Source: Eutreptiella sp. 'Long Island Sound 2002'
Lineage: Eukaryota; Protista; Euglenida
Direction of reading: 5' to 3'
DNA: 64,000 nt
NCBI GenBank assembly: GCA_964036045.1
Contig: OZ038378.1
Coordinates: 4,340,001-4,404,000, forward strand
In this document: in pieces, positions 50,920-61,474 of the stretch
Layout of the letters: each line of letters starts with the position of its first letter
Position numbering within the stretch: position 1 is the first letter of the stretch
Made by a program: the position numbers and the translations under genes
The notes under the pieces: generated by a model
Database searches by the model: none
The model's input: only the letters and a program-made list of their open reading frames with translations
What the model was told of the DNA's origin: nothing

Positions 50920-51564
50920 GGTGACGTAGCACAAGTCCGTTTTTGTGTCGCCGAACTTGGGTTTTGCACCAAGATTGCGGTTGGATTGACAAGCGGCGCA
51001 CAACTCTGCTACTAGCTGCTTGGACAGGTCATTGATGAAAAGCTGGTCACGCTCAAGGTGGCCAGATGCATCTGCTGGGTAGCCATCCGGCACCTTGCGC
51101 CATTCTCCACGGATGAGGACCCTGGGACGGGTGTCCTCCTCTGTGGGAGTGGCCATGGAAGGTTGCGGCCTGGCCTCCGAGCTTTCCACGCTCTGCTCGG
51201 CGGAGGCCTCCTTGCCTTCGAGTGGGGTGGGGGTGGCCTCAACACTCTCCTCGATAGCCGAAAGTGCACCTTCAACTTGGGTGCTGGGGGGGGACTCAAG
51301 AGGGCTAGCTAGTTCGGTCACACCGTCCACATCATCACCGGGCGCTTCAACGGCCCGAATAGCACGATCAGCATTAACAATGCTGAGCACATAGTCCACA
51401 AAAACGGCACCCATTGGGACGAGGGGCACATCGGAAAAAATACCCCGGTGCTCCACCACTAGCTTCGCGATGTTCAAGCTTTGAAAACCACAAGACCAAC
51501 CGTCCGTTTGGAATCCCAAGGCGCGGTGCTTGGTGGTTGGCGAAAGCTTCCTCATGGCCATCAA
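50920..51564 (-). pseudogene. Transposon-type ORF fragment: Ulp1/C48-like protease C-terminal motif, acidic linker, SAP-like domain
   Basis: GFQTDGWSCGFQSL resembles the Ulp1 Q-x-(D/N)-x-x-x-C-G motif. LSKQLVAELCAACQSNRNLGAKPKFGDTKTDL resembles SAP. The reading runs into a 60-bp family repeat. Confidence 0.55.
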
Positions 51565-51738
51565 GTGCGTGGATTGCGAGCTCCTAGCCCCAACTCAAGG
51601 GGCCACGCAACAAAGCGTGGCTTGTGAGTCCCTAACCCCATTCCGAGGGGCCACACAACAAAGCGTGGATTGAAAGTCCCGAACCCCAACTCAAGGGGCC
51701 ACGCAACAAAGCGTGGATTGCGAGTCCCTAACCTAACC
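51565..51738. repeat. 51-bp tandem repeat, about 3.4 copies
   Basis: aagcgtggattg...aaccccaactcaaggggccacgcaacaa repeated. Confidence 0.85.
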
Positions 51739-51914
51739 TTAAAAAAAATCTGATTCTTTAAAGACTGCCCTGCAAAGGGGGACAAAATCAGAAGTGGCTA
51801 CCTCACTCCTGCCTTCTCGGGGGCCCAGAAGAGAGCGGAATGTAGCGGGTGCATGTTTTGTGGGCTGTATTTTCCTCCGCCCGTTTGGTGTACCAATGGT
51901 GGAGCGTATAAGAT

Positions 51915-52540
51915 TGCTATTATATTGGCCCCACATTAGTGCCTTGGTGGCCTGTAATGGTGGCACTAGCGTTGGCCATTGCCCTGTCAGGACTCTTTTT
52001 CTTGAGCCTGATTTTGTTTCCAGTGCTGGCACATTGGATGTTGGCCACGGCCCATGTTAGGACTCTTTTCTTGGGTCCGATTTTGTGTCTCGTGCCCATG
52101 ACACCCGATGAAACTATGTTATATTGGCCCCACATCAATGCCTTGGTGGCCTATAATGGTGGCACTAGTGTTGGCCATGGCCCTGTCAGGACTCTTTTTC
52201 TTGAGCCTGATTTTGTTTCCAGTGCTGGCACATTGGATGTTGGCCATGGCCCATGTTAGGACTCTTTTCTTGGGCCTGATTTTGTGTCTCGTGCCCATGA
52301 CACACTATGAAACTATGTTATATTGGCCCCACATCAATGCCCTGGTGGCCTATAATGGTGGCACTAGCGTTGGCCATGGCCCTGTCAGGACTCTTTTTCT
52401 TGAGCCTGATTTTGTTTCCAGTGCTGGCACATTGGATGTTGGCCATGGCCCATGTTAGGACTCTTTTCTTGGGCTTGATTTTGTGTCTCGTGCCAATGAC
52501 ACCATGTGAAACTATCTTATATTGGCCGAGTCCCAACTAA
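51915..52540. repeat. 199-bp tandem repeat (about 3 copies) with internal sub-repeats
   Basis: tatattggccccacat recurs at about 51921, 52120 and 52319, with a partial copy at about 52518. Confidence 0.92.
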
Positions 52541-53249
52541 TTGGTGGCCACGCAGAGTACTATGGGCCTTGTGGACTCGGCGTCCCATCGTTAAGGTCGC
52601 TACGAGGTGCCGTACGGAACCGGCAGCTATACATATTGCGCATGTATTGCAAAGGTTGCATTTCTTTCAATTTTTCAATCTTTTAAATAATTTACACGAC
52701 TTACCGCAAAAAAGAATTACACGCCCTTACCGTACACGACTTACATTTTTCACCAGCTACGTGCCCAGACAAGCCGACCGGTAGCCAGCCGCCGGATCAG
52801 TGCTAAAGCTGTGGGCTGTATCGCTGGACACAAGAATGTGCCGTAGCGAAACAAACAACGGCAGCGGGGGTATGTATCATGTGCGGCAACGACAAGCGTT
52901 GGCTTCGGGCATGCCTATTGTACGATCCGGCAGTACAAATACGGAAGAATCCACGCAATGGGGTAGAGACCTAGACCTAGACTTTTTGAGGATCCCCCTT
53001 TTTGTGAATGCTCTTGCTATCAGTGTTGGTTCAATTGCCAATCACTGATTGCCATTTTCTTTGAGTTTGTAGTTACCGACAATCATTTGATGTATTAGAC
53101 AATCCGGCTGTTTGTTCAAAGCACCCCTTTTTTGCCCCCCCCCCCTTTTTTTCAGGTTATATCTCTCGACAGATCCCATCTCGGGTTCTGTGGCCCCAGT
53201 GATTCTTCTTTGTAACAAACAGTGTGTTGGTCATGTTGCATCTAGTTTG

Positions 53250-54100
53250 CAACGGTATTAGGGGTGTGGAAATTCTTGTGATGTTGAATAGTGGTGGGAC
53301 ACAATGAGAGCGCGCCACAGACGAGTGAAGGATCATATCTGTTGAATCATTGGGCTTGGCATGCATTGCGGCTAACTACCTTCTTCCAAGGCTTTGTTTT
53401 TAATGGAGAGATTTTTATTAGTCAAAACCTCCATGACCAACTGTTGTCAATCCCACAACCGTTGTCGGTTGGCCCACAATTGCCGTCGGTTGGTCCACAA
53501 CCGCTCATCCGTCTCAAAACGGCTAGCATGAATCTCCAAGTATGGCCAACTCATGAGACCATTGTCTACTCTTGTCATGTCCAAATATGTTGTTGACTAC
53601 CGGAGGGCCCGGTTCTTTCTTTTTTTAACTAAATGGGAGAAGAACAAACTAGGTTTGGCGATTAGGAGATCCCTTGGACTTCAATTCCCAAAGGCCTCCT
53701 GCCACAACCTAGCCATTATAACCATCAAGGACCGCACACAAAGTCCCTACCCCCCACCCGATGGTCTAGATACCCAGTGTTCTAGCAAACCAGATACAGC
53801 CAGCATCTATTTTAGGCAGTTGCGCTCCTGTGCAAGTGCGCTTTGGTTTGAGTGGATAAGCAAAGCAAAAGGTGAATTTGATTGCCTTACCTGATCCAAA
53901 GCCAAATCAACACATGCAACGGAATTTGCAAGCTGGCATACACATATAGAACCTTAGCAATCGCAACCCCTAGGTATTTTTCACCTAGTAACCATCCACC
54001 TATATTGTTGTCCTTGCTACGCCCATTGAGGCGTTGGCCACATCCTTTCTCGTCGATATAAGATACTGTGCACACGGCTCTGATTGTCCAGAGAAAGGCC
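53250..54100 (-). mobile_element. Possible decayed LINE RT fragment
   Basis: - strand VSYIDE...EKYLGVAI resembles YxDD followed by KYLG. Confidence 0.3.
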
Positions 54101-55389
54101 CTTAATTGCTAGTTTTTGTTTTCTCAGACTCATTAGACACATTACAGTGTCGGTCTGATGAGGTCCATGCACTGAGACACTTGCTTTGTTGCCTGTTGTT
54201 CAAACTCGCATGTGTTATTGTTGTTGTTGTTCCACTTTCGGCTGTGTCCCACTGTTTTCCCCTCCTTCCGCCCGTTTGAGTGCTTCGCTGGAATTATGTG
54301 CTTCGTTTGAGACACATTGGCACAGTGGGACCTAGAGTACGTCCCACTGTGCAGCCTCGTGTGGGTCATCACCCCATCCCCACCTCATGCCGGTGGGGTA
54401 CGGACTTAGAGGATGTGTGGAGATCAGTGGCACTGGTGGAGGATTTGCTTCCACGGATCAAGGGGCAAAGGTTTCTGGCCTGGGCTGCACTTGCAAACAA
54501 GAGGCTGGAGGAAACGAGCGGCAGTCGTGAACAGTGGGACAGACATTCAACTTTCACACACCAAATGGCATCCCACTTCACCCCCCCGTCTCCACATTTA
54601 CTCTTCCCCGCAACCACACACAGCTTAGATTAACGCCTCCACAAAACACAACCAATTGCAGACGTACCAACGGGCACACATACTCCGCTTTAATGGTTTA
54701 CCCCCCTCCCCCCCCCCACTCACTCCATATGGCTGATTCGGTCCACCTTCGAAAGGGACTGTCACCCTGTTGGGCCGCTTCGGTAGATCTGGTCCGCCCT
54801 TGACAGAACTCACGGCCCCCTATCCGTTGGCAGCGTCCCATCCCATAAGTCTTTTCTGAGGGGTGCTGGCCCCGGCATGAGCCATCCCCAAACCCGACAG
54901 GAATTTGAAGCATCTCATACGTATGTAGTGTCTGCTCAGCTCTAGAATGGATTCACCATCTGGGCACTTGATGGGGAGCCTCTCACAGGCTGTCACCTAT
55001 GCTCGGTTTGCGTACGTCGGCCAGCACATGGCATACACAGACCGTGCACAGCACCTCACAGAGCGTGCCCAAGGTATGCACAGCATGACGTGGAGCACAC
55101 CGTTGCATGGCCATGGTGTGTGGCCACAGTGGTGCCTTGGAGCTAAGGACCCCAACACCCGGGGCGGGAGTCTCGCGCATCCCATCTGTAGATGCCCGCT
55201 TGTGTTCGGGTTCCCTGCTGCCTATCGTGGGGTATCCTCTCCGGCCCGAGGGAGTGTTTTGATAGTACCATATCATGGCAATACTGTGACGAGGAGGAGT
55301 CATAGAGGGTACTGCCGTGTTTCGTGCCCGCGGCCGGCGGCTACGGCAGTGGTGGCCCCCGGATGCCTCACGAGTCTGAGGGGGAACGT

Positions 55390-56130
55390 CAGCGCGCCGG
55401 GCGCGCGCCGGGCATCTTTTTTGACCCGTGCCCTACCGGTGGACTGTTGCCGTTGATATGTTGGGCAACATTATATGGATTTGCCCCTTGGCCCCCGGGA
55501 CATCAGCAGATTTGGGATGGGTATGGACCTTCTCGTACCCGAGGTGATTTCTTTGATTTCAAAGTTGGGGGCCATGATGGTGCTTATAAGGGCCGGATTC
55601 ATGTCATTGTGCCATTCATTGGAAGAAAGAATGGCACTTTGACAGCCCGCCAACAATGTTACGATGACGTGCCCGGGTGGTATAGGGCACGCATTGAGCA
55701 GCTGTTTGCTCGGTTGTGGCACGCAAGATGAGGCACAGGATGAGGCAGAAGTGTGTGTGTTGTGTTGCTAGAACGCTCCACCGTTGTAGTTTGGGATGAG
55801 TGTAAGGAGCACTATTGTACTGAATGTATTGACACCCACACTTGTGGGACCAATGTTATGATGCAGCCCTACTGTTCGCGATACCTCAATGACGCCTATC
55901 GCTTCTACTGGAGATCAATGCGGTTGTGCTATCCTAACCCCCCATTCTCCCAACTTGCTAAGGTGTTGACCAAGACCGCCCTTAAAGGAGCGAGAGTGGT
56001 ACTGTGTACCCCAGTTTGCAACTTTCTTGAGCTGGGGCAGTTTGGGTCACCTAATTCTAAGGGCGTTTCCAAGGGGTGTGCTTGGGGGCTCTTCGGGGGG
56101 AACATAGTCTAAAAGTAGCGCACCGGGCAA
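55390..56130 (+). mobile_element. PIF/Harbinger (DDE_Tnp_4-like) transposase C-terminal fragment with B-box-like finger, bounded by AGCGCRCCGGGCA direct motifs
   Basis: AVDMLGNIIWICPLAPGTSAD, then after a frameshift GGHDGAYKG...RARIEQLFARLWH, then EVCVLC..DECKEHYCTECIDTHTC. Confidence 0.75.
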
Positions 56131-57350
56131 ACATTCCCCTTGAAGAGGCGACCATTGCAGGAACACCCGACCGCTCGGGAGCAGGGAGGCGCTGGTGGAA
56201 GGGCTCTACCCATACCCCTCCACCTACTCAACATCAGAGCATGTTTTTCCCCAAGACAAGACAAGAAATGTGGACAATCTCCTCCTGAAAACCCAAGCTA
56301 GTGTGTGCACAGAAGTACCAAGCGGCACATTTACCTGGCCTTTATGACAACCCTCCTCCCTCTACTGGCCTCGTGAGCTGGACCACCCCTGTCACCCCCT
56401 CTCTCCCCCTCTCTGCTGCTTCACCTCCTCAAGGGCAAGCTTGCTAGCTGCAACCACTTGAGAGCTTTTGTGGACCACAACACACACCCATGCCGATGAT
56501 GCATGCCGATGATGCATGCCACCTTTCGTCGTTGTTCTAGGCCAGCTGCAAAAAGGAGATGAGCCTGAACTAGTGGTCTTGTTTCTGATATACACCCCCT
56601 GCCCCCCTTTGACCCAGATCCAGGAGACAGACCGGAAGTTGGTCACGATCCGCCACTGTGAGGAAAGACAATGGTGTTGTGTGCGTCTTTGGTGATTTTC
56701 CAAGTCACTCAGTGTCTGCTGTCATGTGGCTGACCTTTCTTGACCCAGTGACCATTCAGTTTGTCTAAGGGCCGGGCTGTTTTCCTGTGCTGCTTTCTCT
56801 GGCTCACGCATTTACTGCCTCTAAGACACAGCAGTGCATGGACCGTATTAATTTAGGATCTGGTTGTACCTTAGACATTGGGGCAGTACTTGCATCTCGT
56901 GCACCAGTTGAGGTGGTTATTCGGGGTTCATTTCCCACAAATATTCCCCAGCATTTCACACTTCCCAGTGGGCTCTTTCCACTCCACCTGCCCCCCCCCC
57001 CCCCGGTCCCCCTCCCCCTGCCTTCGGAAAGCAGAATCATCCCCCCCCCCCCCTGTCAGTCAAAGATTGCTTGAACAGAAGGTTTGCCGAGAAGCTGATA
57101 GTATCGCAATTGAACTGAGTCAGTCTGGCATGAGGTCAGGATCATGCCGGTTGTTTGAAAACCTGACGTTGTGGCCTCCCCTGTCGCTGGGCCCCCAACT
57201 CGGAAGTAGGAATCATGGCCACAGGCCAATCGCGGAAGTGAGGTACCATGTTGCCCCCTGTTGCCCTCATGGTTGTGCCACATGCGTAAACTGCTCCTCC
57301 AATGGGGCCTGGGTCACAGGCACCACCTGTTTACACCTGTTGTTTTGCAG

Positions 57351-57576
57351 GCGTCCGTGCAGAGGAGTACGACTACTTCTACGAGATGATCGCACATGAG
57401 GAGGCAGGGCGCATTGGAACACCTGGGTTCGGTGACGCCCTCGGGGCTGGGATGGTCATTGGCATGCCCCCTGTTGTCATCATGGGGCCCCAGGCCATGA
57501 AGGACAAGGTGGTGCTGCCGATACTGCGCGGCGAGAAGCGCATCGCACTAGCCATCTCTGAGCCGTTTGCTGGCAG
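57351..57576 (+). CDS. Acyl-CoA dehydrogenase, exon 2
   Basis: ttgcAG|GC...AG|GTgcgg. GVRAEEYDYFYEMIAHEE...LAISEPFAG(S). Phases 1 and 2 match the neighbouring exons. Confidence 0.93.
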
Positions 57577-58588
57577 GTGCGGTGCCCAGTCCAATGCCCT
57601 TTGCTGTGCTCAGACGGGTCACACGCCCAACGTGGACGTATAAGGGAACTCCTTTCAGGTCAGCAACCCGGGATGAGTTTGACAACCACTTTAGGAAGTT
57701 TGAAGCCCCCATGACCAGTGATACCATCATGGGTAGAACTTTTTGTACATGGAACCACGGGGGGGCGGCTGGGCCCGGTCCTTGTATGCGACACCCCCCA
57801 GCCCCCCCCCCCCCCCCCCGGGTTTTGAGAGATAGTAGTGTCGGGGCCATGACGCCAACAGCGCCGAAGTTTTTTTGTGCATGCTTCCCTTTCATCAAAC
57901 CATCCATGTTTTGAGCGCCAGATTAGCAAGACGAGGCGCTAAACAAATGTCGTTTGTTGCGAAGTGAAGATCACCACAACCACTATGGACACACCTGCCC
58001 ATCTGCAGCCCCTGCTTCACAACAACCACCAGCAGCTTCCCCAAACCCGCCCCAGACACACATCCCCCCTAGAGGTATGCATGTGGTAGTAGTGGGTCGC
58101 GCACAGGCCCCACCACCTTGGGAACCCCCCCTCCAGCCGACCCCCCCCCCCACACACACCCTCCAGCCGACCCCCCCCCACCCCCCCCAAAGTTTTAACA
58201 GATAGCTGGGGGGGTGTCGCATCAGGACCTGTTGTAGTCGCCCCCCTGTGCATGGAACACTTGAACATGAACTTCCGGAACATTCTCAGCTCTTTGCACC
58301 GGAGGGACACTGGTTCCTTACGGAAGTCAGCAATTCCGCAAAGTGTTCTTCCAAGCACATACCCCCCCCCCCCCCGCTGTGTCCAAGCACATGAGCCCGT
58401 CTGACCGTCGTTTTTCTGGATTTTTCTGACCACGGTTTTTTGGTCAGAAATGTGACGTTACGGGGTTGTGCTTCGATTGTAGAGGGAAAGGGGAGCTGGA
58501 TCATGCTTCTGGTAGTTCCTCCTGCTCATACCAACATTCTACTTGCAACTGCAACCCAATGCTGTCTGTTCTGGTGTGATTTTCAGCC

Positions 58589-58800
58589 ATGGCTGATGTT
58601 GCCACTGCTAGCATGGCTGTTACGTACGTCCAGTCCACCGGTGAACTTGTGCCCGCCACAATCGTTGGTCTTTCTACTCGTGGGGATGGTTTCTTTCACG
58701 TGAAGTATACGCGGAATGGGCATGAGCTTGAGCATCATGCTCCTATGGACCGTGTCCTATTCGCAATCTGCAGCACTTCTCCCAAACCCTCAGAGGTGGC
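58589..58800 (+). other. Short Tudor/SH3-like beta-rich reading between direct repeats
   Basis: VTYVQSTGELVPATIVGLSTRGDGFFHVKYTRNGHELEHHAPMDRV, flanked by aagcacatgagccc.tctgaccgtcgtttttctg at about 58385 and 59024. Confidence 0.35.
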
Positions 58801-59164
58801 GCGCTGTAATATGTTGACCACCATTGGGAAATCACAACTTGGGAGTGTCCTGAGTTGCCCCCATACGCAACCATCGCTCAAGAACCTCCTGCACAAGGAC
58901 AAACGGCCTGTGAAGGCAGGGCAAAATTGGACCTGTTGTTGTGGTTAGGGTGAGGTATGGGCAAGTTTTCGGTGACATGCATTCTGTTGGTGTTGCGCGT
59001 CGCGCGCAAGCACGGGCTTGTCTAAGCACATGAGCCCCTCTGACCGTCGTTTTTCTGACTTTTGGCGTGCTTGGACAAGGGGGGTTGGGCTTGGGCCGGC
59101 AACAACAGCCGGTTGTGACTCACAACCGGCTGTTGTTGCCGGCCCATGCCGGCAACAACAGGCA

Positions 59165-60060
59165 GGGGGGGGGAAAAATTGAGGTCCGCAATTTTTCGCA
59201 ATTTTCCGCAATTTCGCAATTTTTCGCAATTTTCCGCAATTTTTCGCAATTTTCCGCAATTTTCCGCAATTTTTCCGCAATTTTTCACACTTCCCGATTT
59301 TCTGACCACCTCCCCACGCTGGTGCAGAACAATGAGAATTTTTTTTTTTTTACTATTCCATACACTCTCAAATGTTGCAAAGTCGCCAGAACCTGGTATA
59401 GCTCAATTGGTAGTACCACTGCACTGTAGTTCCAGGGTCCTGGGTTCAAACCCAGTTGGGCACAATATGGTTACCTTCGCTTTTTTGGTCTTTTTACCTT
59501 CGCTTTTTTGGTCTTTTTCATGCCCGCATGTTTGCATGTTTGCATGTGCGTGTCCGATGTGCCAGAGATTGCAGAGCAATGGAGCCTATACATCCGCTGC
59601 AATGTTGTTGATATAAATGGGCCAACTGCTTTGCAGGAATGGTGGCAATCTCGTGCCCCTTCACCGTTCCAAGAGAGGGTGCTGTTCTTGATTACGCAGC
59701 CCACTTCTGGTGGTGATGTGGACCGCTTTTTCTCACAGTGTAGGACAGTTTCAAAGCGGCAGCACAAATTGGATGACAACATCCGCCGCCTTCGGTTCAT
59801 GCTGCAATTCCACGGTGATATTGAGGGGCGCCTCCTGTAAGTGTACTGCCCATAGACTATTTGTTTCAGTGAAATTCTGAGAATTCTGAGCCACCTGTCC
59901 AGAGTTGTTGCACCTTGAGGGTTCAGGAGGGCCGCTTACGACATCGCAATTTTTCCGCAATTTTTCCGCAATTTTCCGCAATTTTCCGCAATTTTCCCGC
60001 AATTTTTCCGCAATTTTTCGCAATTGGATTCGACCCCCCCAGACCGCAATTCCCCCCCCC
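59165..60060 (+). mobile_element. (CCGCAATTTT)n-bounded element carrying a hAT dimerisation-domain fragment
   Basis: EWWQSRAPSPFQERVLFLITQPTSGGDVDRFFS...LRFMLQF fits the hAT C-terminal WW...P(T/S)S..VER.FS pattern. CCGCAATTTT arrays at 59180-59285 and 59945-60025. Confidence 0.7.
59392..59463 (+). pseudogene. tRNA-Tyr(GTA)-like pseudogene
   Basis: TAGCTCAATTGGTAG D-arm, CTGCA-CTGTAGT-TCCAG anticodon arm, CTGGG-TTCAAAC-CCAG T-arm; acceptor stem does not pair. Confidence 0.65.
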
Positions 60061-61218
60061 CCCTGTTGTGAGGCAGAAGGAAGTAACCTGTGCCCTGTAG
60101 AAACCATGACCGAAACATGAAAGCATCCCTGAGGATCACTGGGGAGCCGGGTTGCACGGCAAATTTTCACCTGTCAGTGGGTGGCCCAGGAATGTGTTTT
60201 TTTGGGGAGGGGGGTTCACACACTATGTGGTATGAAAGGAAAAATGAGGCCACCCAAAGTCCGTTGGGGAAGCTCTGGCTAGTAGCGTTCAAGGGAGCTC
60301 AACCATCCATTCTGCACTGAACCCTTGAACCTGTGAACCATTTTCGATGTCTGGCCATGGAATCAAGGGCATGCAGTCTTGAGGTGTTTTCTGGGCCATG
60401 CGTTGTGTTGTGCCTGCATGATACTTCTGCCTCGCTTTCCGTCTCCCCCAGGGAGCGGGGCGCTGGGGTACTAAATGTCAGGACTGTGTTGAGTGTTGTG
60501 GAAATCCGAATGCCTGCACCATGACTCACCCCCCGTGCTTTTGTCCCCCTGAGCACCTGTCGGTCCGGGAGTTGGGTGGGACGGTGTATATTGTTGACAG
60601 CCACCATGCTCTCCTGCCCGTGTCCATACAAAACAGGGCTGGGCCAGGCTTGGGTCATCATTTGGTGACGATGGGGATACACATGAATCAGGGCCTGGCA
60701 CCCGGCACCAATGGGGCGCCCTTTGTACACCTGCTAGCCGTTGTGTGCCCTCTGACCCCAAAAGGCGCCGTTTGGGGGTGTTTTGCACCATGGTATGCAA
60801 AAAGGGGTTGGCCTATCACAGCCATGATGCCTCAATCCCAACCCAGGTCTCTGAGAATGTTTTCTCCATTGACCCAGCACTGAGACCCAGTGATCTACGC
60901 CCCTGCTCGGGTTCTTAACAAAGACCGTACAGGCTCCGCCAACCCCTGGAGAGATGGCCTTGGACACGGCCTGTTGTTTCAACGATATGCTCGGCGGTAG
61001 AGCGGAACGGGCAATTGCGTTATGTGCGCAGTTTGTGCAACGATTGCATTGCTGTATCCCCCCTCCCCCCCAGTTGGGTGCGGCACTGCCCTCCAGAGGT
61101 GGCATGCACTACCGACAGTGGACATGGAAGTGACTCGTTGGCACACAATCAGCAGAGACTAGTTTGTTGCGGGTTGTTACCCCATCACCAAGTTTTTTTT
61201 GTTCATAATTTTACACAG

Positions 61219-61474
61219 CGACGTCGCCGGAATCAAGACTACCGCCCGCAAAAGCGAATGTGGCCGCTACTACATTGTTAACGGCGTCAAGAAGTGGATT
61301 ACCAACGGGACCTTTGCGGACTACTTCACGACTGCTGTGCGGACTGGGGGCTCAGGGATGGGAGGCATTTCGGTGCTCCTGATCGAGCGCGGCCCGGGGG
61401 TGACGACGAAGAAGATTAAGACGTCGTATTCTGGGGCTGCAGGGACCGCCTACATCGAGTTTGAGGATGTGAAG
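61219..61474 (+). CDS. Acyl-CoA dehydrogenase, exon 3
   Basis: acacAG|C...AAG|GTgccc. (S)DVAGIKTTA...YIVNGVKKWITNG...TAYIEFEDVK contains the classic ACAD GxKxWITN motif. The gene continues beyond the window. Confidence 0.95.

Noticed and set aside
51725-51742. CCCTAACCTAACC telomere-like motif (also GTTAGGGTTA near 17190)
   Set aside because: Too short to call an interstitial telomeric array.
48330-52540. CRISPR-like appearance of the regular arrays
   Set aside because: Units are repeated in full with no unique spacers, no cas genes are present, and the DNA is eukaryotic.
59392-59463. Functional tRNA-Tyr gene
   Set aside because: The acceptor stem does not pair, the D and anticodon stems have mismatches, and there is no downstream T-run terminator; kept only as a pseudogene.
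12916-61219. Euglenid non-conventional introns
   Set aside because: Every junction I could rebuild uses GT-AG, so there is no direct evidence for non-conventional introns here.
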